Source of the DNA: Microcoleus sp.
GTDB lineage: Bacteria > Cyanobacteriota > Cyanobacteriia > Cyanobacteriales > Microcoleaceae
Assembly: GCA_042408215.1 (NCBI GenBank)
Contig: JAYFMW010000003.1
Coordinates: forward strand, 192,001 to 256,000
Direction of reading: 5' to 3'
Length of the DNA stretch: 64,000 bases
Below, in pieces: positions 31,895-42,561 of the stretch; the first letter of the stretch is position 1; each line of letters begins with the position of its first letter. The notes below the pieces were generated by a model, which was not told the DNA's origin, searched no databases, and saw nothing but the letters and a program-made list of their open reading frames with translations. The position numbers and the translations under genes are program-made.

Positions 31895-32217
31895 AGAAAC
31901 CGGGTTTCTGCGAGAATTTTGGCATCCTCACCAGATTGTCTGAAGAAACCCGGTTTCTGACTGATAGCAAACCGACTAGAAACCGGGTTTCTGCGAGAAT
32001 TTTGGCATCCTCACCAGATTGTCTGAAGAAACCCGGTTTCTGACTCCCCACGCGCCTAATCCAAGAAACCGGGTTTCTGCGAGAATTTTGGCATCCTCAC
32101 CAGATTGTCTGAAGAAACCCGGTTTCTGACTCCCCACGCACCTAATCCAAGAAACCGGGTTTCTGCGATAATTTTCACATCCTCACCAGATTGTCTGAAT
32201 AAACCCGGTTTCTGACT
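31895..32217. repeat. Tandem array of four 68 bp hairpin-bounded units (periods 83/86/86)
   Basis: AGAAACCGGGTTTCT-38nt-GAAACCCGGTTTCTGACT-type unit starting at 31895, 31978, 32064, 32150. Confidence 0.92.
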
Positions 32218-33191
32218 CAAGTTTTAGGTTTCTTTTGGGGAACTTGGGGAAGTTTTAAGATTTTGTCGGCGGCCATTTTGTCAACGATTAAATCGCCGAT
32301 AATTTTAGCACCGTGGGAAGTAAAGTGCACGCCGTCATTAACTTTTACATATCCTCGCTTCCCCGATTTGTCAGCAACTACAGGAGTAAATTGGCCACCT
32401 TCAGCAAAAGTATCCCAAGTTGAAATAAATTCGATTTTTCTTGAAACTTTACTCGCATTTTTATAGATATCGTTCATAATTGGAAAAGCCTTGATGTACG
32501 AAGATCTGTTAGAGTTCGATTGACCCACCCAGTACACTTTACGCACGGAGGAATAATTCAATAATTTGGCATATTTTTCGACTCTTTCTTGATAGGCTTT
32601 TTGCCATTCTTTAGTCAGGATTACCCGGGATTTTCCTCGATCATCAGTGATGTCTTGAGTGTCATTTCCTCCAAATAAAACTATCACTACATCCGGCTGA
32701 TAATCATTGATAATTTCTTTGGTTCTGGCATACCAGTCATAATAATCTATGCGATTTAAGCCACTGGATACTTTGTAGTCAATTTTCGTATCAGCGATCT
32801 TATATGTTTCCTTCATACTGTACTGGAGTTGAATTCCTAAATCGAACATTACTGAATCTCCAATAAACAAAAATCTGCGATAAGGTTTGGTGAGTTTCGG
32901 TTTGACTGCGGTTGGCTTTTTAGTTGAGTTTTTCGGTGGTAATGGCGTTTTTTCGAGGTTAGCAGTTGCGTTTTTTGGGGGGATGCGGTCGAAGTCAATA
33001 TCTTTAATTTTGCTCCAAAAATCTTGTTCTGCTTTCCGAAAACCTTCGATATTTACCTGTCGTGCTGCTTGTTTGATTTCGGGAGTTGCGAAAGGAGTTG
33101 AGGATAAACTCTTGAGAAATAAAGATAAGTTGGAAAGGATCAAAGTGAGAATTACAGAAGTAAAAATTAGTAAAAATTCTCGATCTCTCAT
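32217..33191 (-). CDS. SGNH/GDSL hydrolase-fold protein (DUF459; probable O-acetyltransferase partner)
   Basis: FIGDS, SSGL, FGGND, DGVHFT blocks; N-terminal TM. Confidence 0.82.
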   Translation of the reverse strand: MRDREFLLIFTSVILTLILSNLSLFLKSLSSTPFATPEIKQAARQVNIEGFRKAEQDFWSKIKDIDFDRIPPKNATANLEKTPLPPKNSTKKPTAVKPKLTKPYRRFLFIGDSVMFDLGIQLQYSMKETYKIADTKIDYKVSSGLNRIDYYDWYARTKEIINDYQPDVVIVLFGGNDTQDITDDRGKSRVILTKEWQKAYQERVEKYAKLLNYSSVRKVYWVGQSNSNRSSYIKAFPIMNDIYKNASKVSRKIEFISTWDTFAEGGQFTPVVADKSGKRGYVKVNDGVHFTSHGAKIIGDLIVDKMAADKILKLPQVPQKKPKT

Positions 33192-33196
33192 ATTTG

Positions 33197-34612
33197 TTAA
33201 AAATTAAAGTATATAAAAGGCGGGACGGTGCTCGGCCCTAGCATCAAAATAGTATACACGAACAGCGAAACTAAGACAACCCGAAAAAATATGTTTTTTA
33301 AGGAGAGCATGACTTGCAATAGTTGGGAAATGCGATCGCCCCAGAAGTTAATAGCGCCAATTACTGCAATTACTAAGTACAATTGCCAAAAGTTAAATTG
33401 AAAGGTTGGGACACCGGAATGTATAATGCCTTGGAAAAACTGCACCGCAGTTTCCCAGTTGGGAGTGCCAAAAAATACCCAGCTACAAGTGACAAAACTA
33501 AAGGTTAACAACCAATTCATAACTTTAGCTAACCTGGGAAAGGAATAGTCTAATTTGAAGTGGATAGCTTGGGGGATATCTCTGCATAAATGGGTGACAA
33601 TTAATCCTAAACCGTGAAGGGTTCCCCACACAATAAAGTTTAAACCGGCACCGTGCCAAAATCCGCCGATCGCCATTGTTAAAAATAAATTCAGGTACTT
33701 TCTCAATTTGCCGTGTTTGTTGCCTCCTAATGGAATGTAAAGGTAGTCTCTCAACCACTCGGAAAGACTGATGTGCCACCTTTTCCAAAACTCTTGGAGG
33801 CTTAAGGATTGGTAAGGCATATTAAAGTTGGGAATGGGTTTGAAACCTAGCAAGCAGGAGATACCGTTGGCTAAATCTGAGTAGCCGCTGAAATCTACAT
33901 AAATTAAACAGGAATAGGAGATGGCTGCGAGGATTAAATCGATGCTGCTGTACTGTTGGGGAACTTTGAATGGCAATTGTGTGAAGTTAAATAAAAAGCT
34001 TGACAAAGTATACTTTTTGAACAGTCCCGACAAAATCAAAACTATAACTTCTTCGATTTGATAGTCGTATTTTTGGGGTGAATTTAGCTGGGAGTAAAAT
34101 TCGCGAGATCGGGAGATTGGCCCGGAGGCAATTTGGGGAAAGTAGGTGATGTAGGTGGCGTAGTCTATAAATTTAGGACAGGGAATTTTTTCCTGGTAGC
34201 AGTCGATTAAATGGGAAATCATTCTAAAAGTGTAGAATGACACGCCGACGGGGGCGAGCATTTGCACAACTTGAAAACTGGCGGGGATTTGTAGCTGGTT
34301 CAGTACCTCAAATAAAGAAGTTACAAAAAAGTTGCAATATTTAAAGATGCCGAGGTTGGCAATGTTGAAAATTAGGCCGGATATGAAAGCAAATTTTTGA
34401 TATTTTCCGTTGCAAACAGCTCGGAGAATGATATAATTGTAGGCAGTAGCTAAAACTAGGAGGAGGAGAAAGTCGAAACTCCAGAAGGAATAAAATAATA
34501 AGCTGGAAAGTAGTAAAACAATTTTATACAAATCGACTTTTTGTTTCAAAGGGAAGAGGGCGCTAAAAACAATTAGGAAAAAAACTAAAAATTGGTAAGT
34601 GGGAAATAGCAT
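33197..34612 (-). CDS. MBOAT family O-acyltransferase (AlgI/PatA-like)
   Basis: PVGVSFYTF, DFSGYSD, NFNMPY, EFWKRWHISLSEWLRDYLYIPLGG, GFWHG. Confidence 0.93.
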   Translation of the reverse strand: MLFPTYQFLVFFLIVFSALFPLKQKVDLYKIVLLLSSLLFYSFWSFDFLLLLVLATAYNYIILRAVCNGKYQKFAFISGLIFNIANLGIFKYCNFFVTSLFEVLNQLQIPASFQVVQMLAPVGVSFYTFRMISHLIDCYQEKIPCPKFIDYATYITYFPQIASGPISRSREFYSQLNSPQKYDYQIEEVIVLILSGLFKKYTLSSFLFNFTQLPFKVPQQYSSIDLILAAISYSCLIYVDFSGYSDLANGISCLLGFKPIPNFNMPYQSLSLQEFWKRWHISLSEWLRDYLYIPLGGNKHGKLRKYLNLFLTMAIGGFWHGAGLNFIVWGTLHGLGLIVTHLCRDIPQAIHFKLDYSFPRLAKVMNWLLTFSFVTCSWVFFGTPNWETAVQFFQGIIHSGVPTFQFNFWQLYLVIAVIGAINFWGDRISQLLQVMLSLKNIFFRVVLVSLFVYTILMLGPSTVPPFIYFNF

Positions 34613-34677
34613 GAATTTCAGGAGATAAAAAATTGGCAACTGTCAATATAGATATTTTGTAGGAACACTGCATTGCC

Positions 34678-34894
34678 GATTAGTGTCAACTTAAGCTCAA
34701 ACCCATTCATAGACTGCTGTTTAACTATTAAATCTAGCTCCCCCCTAGCCCCCCTTCTTAAGGGGGGACAAGAGTCTTTTCTTTCGTCACCCCCTACTCA
34801 CACCCTACTCCCTTCTTAAGGGGGATTTAGGGGGTTCTGGACTCGGATATAAACGAGATTTCTCAAGGGTTTTAGGCGATTGTTGACACGAATG
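34678..34894. mobile_element. 217 bp MITE (GTGTCAAC...GTTGACAC ends) inside a REP-like hairpin
   Basis: Imperfect TIRs GATTAGTGTCAAC / GTTGACACGAATG; flanks are halves of a GTAGG..ACAC.GCA.TGCCGTGTCCCTAC palindrome. Confidence 0.65.
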
Positions 34895-35062
34895 GGGAAT
34901 GCCGTGTCCCTACTTGAGGTTTTGGCAAAAAGTCAATTATGTAACAAGTTCAGTGGCTTAACCGCACTCAGAAGTTCACAATCCCGTTTAAAGATTAAGA
35001 TGGTTGTGAGAGTATATATTATTCAGGGATAAAAGCAGAATTCCCTGTGATTGCGAGGAACC

Positions 35063-37993
35063 ATGCAGCCAACAGACCCTAGCAAATTTACCGATCAAGC
35101 CTGGGAAGCCATTGTCAAATCCCAGGATGTAGCCCGCCGCTTTGCGAATCAGCAGCTAGAGGTTGAACATTTAGCGATCGCCCTGATCGAACAGCAAGGC
35201 CAGGCCAACACCATTCTCAGCTTGGCTGGGATCGATGTCACCCGCTTAGCCCAGCAGTTAGAAACTTTTGCCAGACGCCAGCCTAGAGTGGCCAACCCTG
35301 ACCAACTATACCTCGGTCGCGGCTTAGAAGTGATGTTAGATGCTGCCGAGTCTGCCAGACAGACTTGGCAAGATAATTTTATCGCCGTTGAACATTTATT
35401 AATAGGCTTACTAGAAGACGAACGAGTTGGTCGGCGTTTGCTGACTAGGGGCGATGGGCCGCCGGGCCGCCCTGGTTACGATCGCAAACCCCCCTCGGGC
35501 ACAATCGATCGCCCAAAACTGGAAGAAGCAATCAAATCCTTCCGCAGCAGCGCCAAAGTTCAAGACCAAAATCCCCAAGCTAGCAAGACTCGTAATCCTA
35601 GCAAAACTCAAGACCAAAATGCCGAAGCTAACAGCGACGCGCTAGCTAAATACGGCCGCGATTTGACAGAAGCAGCCAAAGCAGGCAAACTTGACCCCGT
35701 AATCGGCCGCGACGAGGAAATTCGCCGGGTAGTGCAAGTTCTGTCCCGCCGCCAGAAAAATAATCCGGTGTTAATTGGCGATCCCGGAGTCGGAAAAACT
35801 GCGATCGCCGAAGGTTTAGCCCAACGCATTGTCAACGGCGATGTCCCCGAATCTTTGAAAAATCGCCAACTATTTAGCCTCGACATGGGTAGTTTAATTG
35901 CAGGGGCAAAATTCCGGGGCGAATTTGAAGAACGATTGCGATCTGTACTGCGAGAAGTCATCGATTCCGACGGGCAAATTGTCCTATTTATTGACGAATT
36001 GCACACCGTTGTTGGAACTGGTGGCGGTGGTAGTTCCGGTTCGGGAATGGATGCGGGAAATTTGTTAAAACCGATGTTGGCCAGAGGTGAATTGCGCTGC
36101 ATCGGCGCCACAACTCTCGACGAATTCCGCAAGAATATTGAAAAAGATCCGGCCTTAGAACGCCGGTTTCAACAAGTATTTGTCGGCGAGCCCAGCGTTG
36201 AAGATACTATTTCCATTTTGCGCGGATTGAAAGACCGGTATGAACGCCACCACGGGGTAAAAATTACCGATTCGGCCCTGGTAGCTGCTGCAACTCTTTC
36301 TTTTCGCTATATTTCCGATCGATTTTTGCCGGACAAGGCGATCGACCTTGTAGATGAAGCGGCCGCCCACTTGAAAATGGAGATTACTTCTAAACCCGTG
36401 GAATTAGAAGTAATCGACCGCCGGGTGATGCAGTTGGAAATGGAAAAATTGTCGATCGAAGGCGAGGGAAAAGGTGCTCAATCGCCTGGGATCGGCCCCC
36501 GCATTGAACGCATCACATCTGAGATTGACATTTTAAAAGTCAAGCAGGAAAAATTGTCCTCTCAGTGGTTGGGCGAAAAGCAGTTGTTGGATGCAATCAA
36601 TAAATTGAAAGCAGAAGAAGACCAATTGCGAGTCCAAATCGAACAGGCAGAAAGGGCTTACGATTTGAATAAAGCTGCACAGTTAAAGTACGGCAAGTTG
36701 GAAACTGCGGTGCGCGATCGGGAAGCGAAAGAAGCGGATCTTTTGAAACAACAATCTCAAGGTTCTTCCCTACTGCGCGAAAAAGTTACTGAGGGTGACA
36801 TTGCCCAAATCGTGGCAAGCTGGACGGGAATTCCTGTCAATCGGCTGTTAGAATCTGAGCGCCAAAAATTGCTGCAATTGGAGAAGCATTTGCACCACCG
36901 GGTCATCGGTCAACAGGAGGCTGTGACAGCCGTTGCTGCGGCAATTCGGCGGGCTCGCGCGGGGATGAAAGACCCCGGAAGACCGATCGGTTCTTTCTTG
37001 TTTATGGGCCCCACAGGCGTCGGAAAAACTGAGTTAGCGCGGGCTTTAGCAGAGTTTTTATTTGACAGCGACGATGCAATTGTTCGCATTGATATGTCCG
37101 AATATATGGAGAAGCACAGCGTCTCCCGGTTAGTAGGAGCTCCTCCCGGATATGTCGGTTACGATGAAGGGGGACAACTTTCGGAAGCAGTGCGGAGACA
37201 TCCTTATTCGGTAGTGTTATTTGACGAAGTGGAAAAGGCTCACCCGGACGTATTTAACATTTTGCTGCAAGTGTTGGATGACGGCAGAATTACGGATTCT
37301 CAAGGCAGAGTTGTTGACTTTAGAAATACCGTAATTGTGATGACTAGCAATATCGGCAGCGACCACATTTTAGAAGTGTTTGCTAAGAAGGGAAAAACTG
37401 CGAAAAAGCCTGCTAGTCGGAAGCATGAAGTGCCTGATTTGTCAAGTCAAAAGACAAATTATAAAGTTGATGATGATGGCACGGTTGAGGTGTCAGCTTC
37501 GCGAGTTTCTGATGCTGTAAGTTCTCCAATTTCTCAGGAACCTGAAAGTGTATTGAGTCAAGAACGGGAGACTGATGAAGAGTATGAACAGATGTTGAAA
37601 CGGGTGATGACTGCGTTGCGATCGCACTTCCGGCCGGAATTTCTTCAGCGGGTGGACGAGACAATTTTGTTCCACACTTTGAGCAAGATCGAACTGCGGC
37701 AAATAGTCAGCATTCAAGTCAAGCGGCTCGAGCGTTTGTTGGCCGAGCAAAAAATCACTTTGGAACTGTCGGATGCGGCGAAAAACCATATCACAGATGT
37801 CGGTTACGACCCGGTTTACGGCGCTCGTCCCTTGAAACGCGCTATCCAGCGGGAGTTGGAAAACCCGCTGGCTAACAAGATTCTGGAAAATGCGTTTGTG
37901 GAGGGTGATACAATTGCGATCGACTGTGAAAATAATACTTTGCAATTTCGCAAAAAAGAGTCTCGCCCAGCGCTGACAGGTAACAGTTTGTAG
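35063..37993 (+). CDS. clpB: ATP-dependent chaperone ClpB
   Basis: GDPGVGKT and GPTGVGKT Walker A motifs, middle coiled coil, [10 protein letters not shown] 35063. Confidence 0.95.
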   Translation: MQPTDPSKFTDQAWEAIVKSQDVARRFANQQLEVEHLAIALIEQQGQANTILSLAGIDVTRLAQQLETFARRQPRVANPDQLYLGRGLEVMLDAAESARQTWQDNFIAVEHLLIGLLEDERVGRRLLTRGDGPPGRPGYDRKPPSGTIDRPKLEEAIKSFRSSAKVQDQNPQASKTRNPSKTQDQNAEANSDALAKYGRDLTEAAKAGKLDPVIGRDEEIRRVVQVLSRRQKNNPVLIGDPGVGKTAIAEGLAQRIVNGDVPESLKNRQLFSLDMGSLIAGAKFRGEFEERLRSVLREVIDSDGQIVLFIDELHTVVGTGGGGSSGSGMDAGNLLKPMLARGELRCIGATTLDEFRKNIEKDPALERRFQQVFVGEPSVEDTISILRGLKDRYERHHGVKITDSALVAAATLSFRYISDRFLPDKAIDLVDEAAAHLKMEITSKPVELEVIDRRVMQLEMEKLSIEGEGKGAQSPGIGPRIERITSEIDILKVKQEKLSSQWLGEKQLLDAINKLKAEEDQLRVQIEQAERAYDLNKAAQLKYGKLETAVRDREAKEADLLKQQSQGSSLLREKVTEGDIAQIVASWTGIPVNRLLESERQKLLQLEKHLHHRVIGQQEAVTAVAAAIRRARAGMKDPGRPIGSFLFMGPTGVGKTELARALAEFLFDSDDAIVRIDMSEYMEKHSVSRLVGAPPGYVGYDEGGQLSEAVRRHPYSVVLFDEVEKAHPDVFNILLQVLDDGRITDSQGRVVDFRNTVIVMTSNIGSDHILEVFAKKGKTAKKPASRKHEVPDLSSQKTNYKVDDDGTVEVSASRVSDAVSSPISQEPESVLSQERETDEEYEQMLKRVMTALRSHFRPEFLQRVDETILFHTLSKIELRQIVSIQVKRLERLLAEQKITLELSDAAKNHITDVGYDPVYGARPLKRAIQRELENPLANKILENAFVEGDTIAIDCENNTLQFRKKESRPALTGNSL

Positions 37994-38033
37994 TGGCGTT
38001 AGGAACAAGCAAGATGCCTGTTCGACAAATTAG

Positions 38034-38136
38034 ATCAAATCCGTTGGTATCGGAATTATTCATCTCTCTCTTCTCGGTCTCTGCGGACTCTGCGGACTCT
38101 GCGGTGAAATCATTCCGAAACAACCGTAAACGATAT
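38034..38136. mobile_element. MITE-like element (ATCAAATCCG... ends, internal CTCTGCGG repeats); inverted copy at 42660-42759
   Basis: The two regions align as reverse complements over ~100 bp. Confidence 0.55.
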
Positions 38137-38246
38137 AATCAATCTTCCTGAAGAACAGCGAAGATGCCTGTTCCACAAATCATTAATCTTCTTGTGGAAC
38201 AGGCATCTTGCCAGTTATTCAAAATGGTTCAATCTGTTACTTGATA

Positions 38247-38477
38247 TCAAGAATTAAACATGGTGCGGCTACCGTAAGCATCCAAGCTGTAGGCGGGAAC
38301 GCGAACGCTGTAATCAATCTCTGTTGCTGTCACTGCTACAGCCAATTTTTCAAAAGCTTCTGAGTCCCAATTGCGATCGTGGATGGGCTTTGACTGTTCG
38401 CCCAGGAAGTATGCTTGAGTGCCAATCACTGATGCTGCTACCCAACCGACGATTAAAAGGGAGATTACGATAGTCAT
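38247..38477 (-). CDS. Small single-TM cyanobacterial protein, possibly Psb35-related
   Basis: MTIVISLLIVGWVAASVIGTQAYF.GEQSKPIH.RNW; AAGGA RBS; family assignment from recall only. Confidence 0.6.
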   Translation of the reverse strand: MTIVISLLIVGWVAASVIGTQAYFLGEQSKPIHDRNWDSEAFEKLAVAVTATEIDYSVRVPAYSLDAYGSRTMFNS

Positions 38478-38506
38478 AACTGCTTTTTCCTTAAGTTTTG
38501 TTGCCT

Positions 38507-38524
38507 TATGTAAACTAATGTAAC
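38507..38524 (-). promoter_or_regulatory. HLR1 (RpaB-binding) element overlapping the -10 box
   Basis: Minus strand GTTACATT-AG-TTTACATA matches the HLR1 consensus exactly; TTGACG-18nt-TACATT promoter. Confidence 0.7.
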
Positions 38525-38650
38525 AATAACTAGCAATGAGCGTCAAGGTGGTGTAAGGTCGTGGCAACCGTCGGACTGGTAGGGAAAACCGCACCTAACC
38601 TCAAGTTGTTACCTACAAAGCGATCGTATGTAGGGTGTGCACCGCGCACC

Positions 38651-38776
38651 AAGGCGTGTCAACTTAAGACCCAAACCATAAAAAATGTCGCTTGTAGGCG
38701 ACTGTGCGATCCCCCTAGCCCCCACCCCCCTGTCCCCCCAAGGGGAGAAAAGAGCAGTCTTAAGTTGACATGAATG
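38651..38776. mobile_element. 126 bp MITE of the TGTCAACTTAAG family
   Basis: Perfect 14 bp IR TGTCAACTTAAGAC (38657) / GTCTTAAGTTGACA (38757). Confidence 0.7.
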
Positions 38777-39060
38777 CCCCGTACCCGCCTCCGAGTGTCC
38801 GAGGGAGAGAATACTTATTCAACTTCTGCTTTCTCGCTGTATCCGCGATCGCAAAACCTATGAGATAGTTTGAGTTTTTAGTTAAAAAAATATAAATTTT
38901 GCGTTCATAAATTATGCTCAAAACTCCGCCGCTGGCATGAGGAATTAGCGCCAAATTATAAGGTATGATTTATAAGTTTTGATTTTCAGTAACTATTCCC
39001 CATTCCCGATTATCAATTCCCCATTACCAATTACCCATTACCAATTACCGATTACCAATT

Positions 39061-42000
39061 ATGCAAAACTCAATTTTAAATAACGATCCTTTGTGGTTCA
39101 AAGACGCGATCATTTACGAAGTGCCAATTCGCGCTTTTGCAGACAGCAATGCTGACGGGATCGGCGACTTTCGGGGGCTGACAGAAAAACTGGATTACCT
39201 ACAAAACTTGGGAGTAACAGCAATTTGGGTGCTGCCGTTTTTTCCCTCCCCACTCCGAGACGACGGCTACGATACTTCGCACTATACCACAGTCAACCCG
39301 ATTTACGGCACTTTAGAAGACTTTAAACATCTTTTAGAACAAGCGCACCTGCGGGGAATTAGAGTCATTATTGAGTTAATTGTTAACCACACTTCCGACC
39401 AGCACGCTTGGTTTCAGAAAGCGCGCAGATCCCCTAAAGGCAGTAAAGAAAGAGATTTTTATGTATGGAGCGACACCCCAGAAAAATATCAAGATGCTCG
39501 GATTATTTTCCAAGATTTTGAAACTTCTAATTGGGCTTGGGATGGCGTAGCAAAAGCTTACTACTGGCATCGTTTCTATTCCCATCAACCAGACTTGAAT
39601 TACGATAATCCTGCTGTGATCCAAGCCATATTAGATGTGGTGGATTTTTGGTTGGAACTGGGAGTTGATGGACTGCGAATGGATGCCGTGCCTTACCTGT
39701 ATGAGCGCGAGGGTACTAACTGCGAAAACTTGCCAGAAACTCACGTATTCCTCAAACATTTGCGGAAGCACGTAGATGAGAAATTCCCCAACCGAATGCT
39801 GCTAGCTGAGGCGAATCAGTGGCCGGAGGATGCGGTTGAATATTACGCCGATGGGGATGAATGTCACATGAACTTTCATTTTCCCCTAATGCCTCGCTTA
39901 TTTATGGCTTTGCACATGGAAGATAGCTTCCCAATTAGTGACATTCTCCAGCAAACTCCTCAGATTCCTAATAACTGTCAGTGGGCATTATTTTTGCGAA
40001 ATCATGACGAATTGACGCTGGAAATGGTGAGCGATGAAGACCGAGATTATATGTATCGAGTTTATGCTCAAGACACGCAGGCGAGGATTAATTTGGGTAT
40101 CCGCCGCCGCTTGGCTCCGCTGATGGGAAATAATCGCCGCCGGATTGAGTTGATGAATGCTTTGTTGCTTTCTCTTCCGGGTACGCCTGTGCTGTACTAT
40201 GGGGATGAAATTGGTATGGGGGACAATATCTATTTGGGCGATCGCAACGGGGTGAGAACTCCGATGCAGTGGAGTGGCGATCGCAATGCCGGTTTCAGCC
40301 GCGCCAATCCGCAAAGGCTGTACGCGCCGCCAATTGTTGACCCTGAATATCACTACGAATCTGTTAACGTGGAGGCGCAACGAGCTAATCCGAGTTCTCT
40401 TTGGTGGTGGATGAAACGCCTAATTGCAATTCGTCAACGCTTCCAAGCATTCGGCCGCGGGACTTGCGAATTTCTTTACCCGGAAAACCGCAAAGTTTTA
40501 GCTTTTGTGCGTACTTATCAAGACGAACACATTTTAGTAGTGGCGAATTTGTCGCGCTTCGTGCAGACGGCAGAATTAGATCTTTCGCCATTCAAAGGTG
40601 CTGTTCCGGTGGAGATTTTTGGCCGTACAGAGTTTCCGGCTGTTGGCGATTCTGCTTACTTTTTGAGCTTGAGTCCTCACTCGTTTTACTGGTTTACTCT
40701 CACTGTCAAACAAGAAGATTTTTCGCTACATTTACCTCAAGCCGAACTGCCGAATTTTGCGGTCATCGGCAACTGGAAAACAGCTTTTACTACAAGTAAA
40801 TTGAGTGATAATCTGCTTACTATTTTGCCTAATTACTTGCGAAATAGCAACTGGTTCACCGGTACGGACAGGACAATTCAATCTTTGCAAATAGGTGAAG
40901 TTGTGCCAGTTGAATGTAAAAACTCTACGGGGTTAGAATCAACAATTTACATTTTGCTGTTGCAGTTAAATTATACTGAAGGGATGGCCGAAACTTACGT
41001 TTTGCCTGTAGGTTGGGAAGAGATTCAAGGCGATGCGGACGAACGGGCGATCGCCCGCATTCACTTCCCAGAAACCAACGAAGTCGGCGTACTATTTGAT
41101 GCTACCACTGCTCAAGGTTTTCTCAGTGCTCTGCTAGAGGCGATCGCGAATTCTCGCAGTTACACAGGTGCGGCAGGTAAACTGCTAGGAATTCCCGACA
41201 AGGCACTCACATCAGAACAAGATTTGTCGCAGCTAGAACCTCACGTATTCAAAAAAGAACACAGCAATACATCCGCAGGTTATAGCGATCGCTTCGTCCT
41301 AAAACTCTTGCGAAAAGTTGAAGAAGGTATCAACCCAGAATTAGAAATCGGGCGCTTTTTAACCGATCGCAACTTGATTCAACACTTTGCTCCAATTGCC
41401 GGCTCTTTGGAATATCAGGCCTCTGGAAAACCAGTAATGACGCTCGGCATCCTGCAAAAATTAATCCCCGATAGCAGGGATGCTTGGTCTTATACCTTAG
41501 ACACATTGCGCGACTATTTCGAGCAAGTAATGGCAGTAGAAGCAAAGTATGCCACGGAGAATTTATCTACTGCCCCGGAAAATTATTTGCCGAACGCAAC
41601 CCCCCCACAAATGCAGCGACAGTCAAACTCGCTACAATCCGATTTATCCCTAGAAATTCCCGAATTAGCTCGCGAACTAATCGGTTCCTATTTAGCCTCC
41701 GCCGAACTTTTAGGAAAGCGGACAGCCGAACTTCACCTAGCTTTAGGTTCAGACGCACAAAATCCCGATTTTGCCCCAGAAAGCTTTACTTCATTTTACC
41801 AGCGTTCCATCTATCAACAGATGAGAAATCTAGCAGGAAGGACTTTGCTGCTACTGAAAAAACGGCTGTCCCAAATGCCACCGGAAACCCAAAAATTGGG
41901 ACAAAATCTGCTCAACTGCGAAGACTTGCTGATGGAACGTTTCAAGTCTATTTTGAACTTGAGAATCACGGCCGATCGCATTCGTTGTCACGGGGACTTT

Positions 42001-42441
42001 CATTTCGGAAAAGTTCTTTATACAGGCAAAGACTTCGTGATTATTAATTTTGGAGGAGAACGAAATCGACCATTAAGCGAGAGGCGGATGAAGCGCTCGC
42101 CCCTGCGAGATGTTGCGGGAATGATGCAATCTTTCAATTACGCTGTTACTTTGGGACTCCGCAATGAAGTAGAAAGCGGGATGATTCTTCCTAAAAATTT
42201 ATCTGAGATGCAGCAGTGGGCAAATGTTTGGGATCGCTGGGTTAGCCTGACTTTTCTCAAGAGTTATTTGGTGACAGCAGCCGATGCAAAATTCTTGCCA
42301 AAATCTATCCCGGAAATACAAGTTTTGCTGGATGCTTACATCTTAGAAAAAACGGTTTCTGAGCTGGTATACGAACTTAATTACCGCTTGGATTGGGTAG
42401 AAATTCCCCTTCAGCGGATGCTACAATTGCTGCAACGTTGA
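39061..42441 (+). CDS. treS: Trehalose synthase fused to a maltokinase-like domain
   Basis: GH13 motifs NHTSDQH, GLRMDAVPYL, LAEANQW, FLRNHDELTLE; C-terminal RCHGDFH...RDVAGM kinase-like domain. Confidence 0.95.
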   Translation: MQNSILNNDPLWFKDAIIYEVPIRAFADSNADGIGDFRGLTEKLDYLQNLGVTAIWVLPFFPSPLRDDGYDTSHYTTVNPIYGTLEDFKHLLEQAHLRGIRVIIELIVNHTSDQHAWFQKARRSPKGSKERDFYVWSDTPEKYQDARIIFQDFETSNWAWDGVAKAYYWHRFYSHQPDLNYDNPAVIQAILDVVDFWLELGVDGLRMDAVPYLYEREGTNCENLPETHVFLKHLRKHVDEKFPNRMLLAEANQWPEDAVEYYADGDECHMNFHFPLMPRLFMALHMEDSFPISDILQQTPQIPNNCQWALFLRNHDELTLEMVSDEDRDYMYRVYAQDTQARINLGIRRRLAPLMGNNRRRIELMNALLLSLPGTPVLYYGDEIGMGDNIYLGDRNGVRTPMQWSGDRNAGFSRANPQRLYAPPIVDPEYHYESVNVEAQRANPSSLWWWMKRLIAIRQRFQAFGRGTCEFLYPENRKVLAFVRTYQDEHILVVANLSRFVQTAELDLSPFKGAVPVEIFGRTEFPAVGDSAYFLSLSPHSFYWFTLTVKQEDFSLHLPQAELPNFAVIGNWKTAFTTSKLSDNLLTILPNYLRNSNWFTGTDRTIQSLQIGEVVPVECKNSTGLESTIYILLLQLNYTEGMAETYVLPVGWEEIQGDADERAIARIHFPETNEVGVLFDATTAQGFLSALLEAIANSRSYTGAAGKLLGIPDKALTSEQDLSQLEPHVFKKEHSNTSAGYSDRFVLKLLRKVEEGINPELEIGRFLTDRNLIQHFAPIAGSLEYQASGKPVMTLGILQKLIPDSRDAWSYTLDTLRDYFEQVMAVEAKYATENLSTAPENYLPNATPPQMQRQSNSLQSDLSLEIPELARELIGSYLASAELLGKRTAELHLALGSDAQNPDFAPESFTSFYQRSIYQQMRNLAGRTLLLLKKRLSQMPPETQKLGQNLLNCEDLLMERFKSILNLRITADRIRCHGDFHFGKVLYTGKDFVIINFGGERNRPLSERRMKRSPLRDVAGMMQSFNYAVTLGLRNEVESGMILPKNLSEMQQWANVWDRWVSLTFLKSYLVTAADAKFLPKSIPEIQVLLDAYILEKTVSELVYELNYRLDWVEIPLQRMLQLLQR

Positions 42442-42453
42442 GTTGATAAGTAG

Positions 42454-42561
42454 TAGGATTTACGCATGGAGACCTAGAAACCGGGTTTTTACGAAAAGAC
42501 GCGTTGCAGCCCGCAGATTCGGTAAAAAACCCGGTTTCTGACCACCCGTGTGTAAGTTCTG
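42454..42561. mobile_element. MITE-like element TAGGATTTACGCA...TGTGTAAGTTCTG
   Basis: Same architecture as 22462-22572. Confidence 0.6.

Noticed and set aside
31895..32217. CRISPR array
   Set aside because: The sequences between the palindromes are near-identical rather than unique spacers; no cas genes
37380..37575. Intein in ClpB
   Set aside because: Too short; no N-terminal C/S block or C-terminal HN motif
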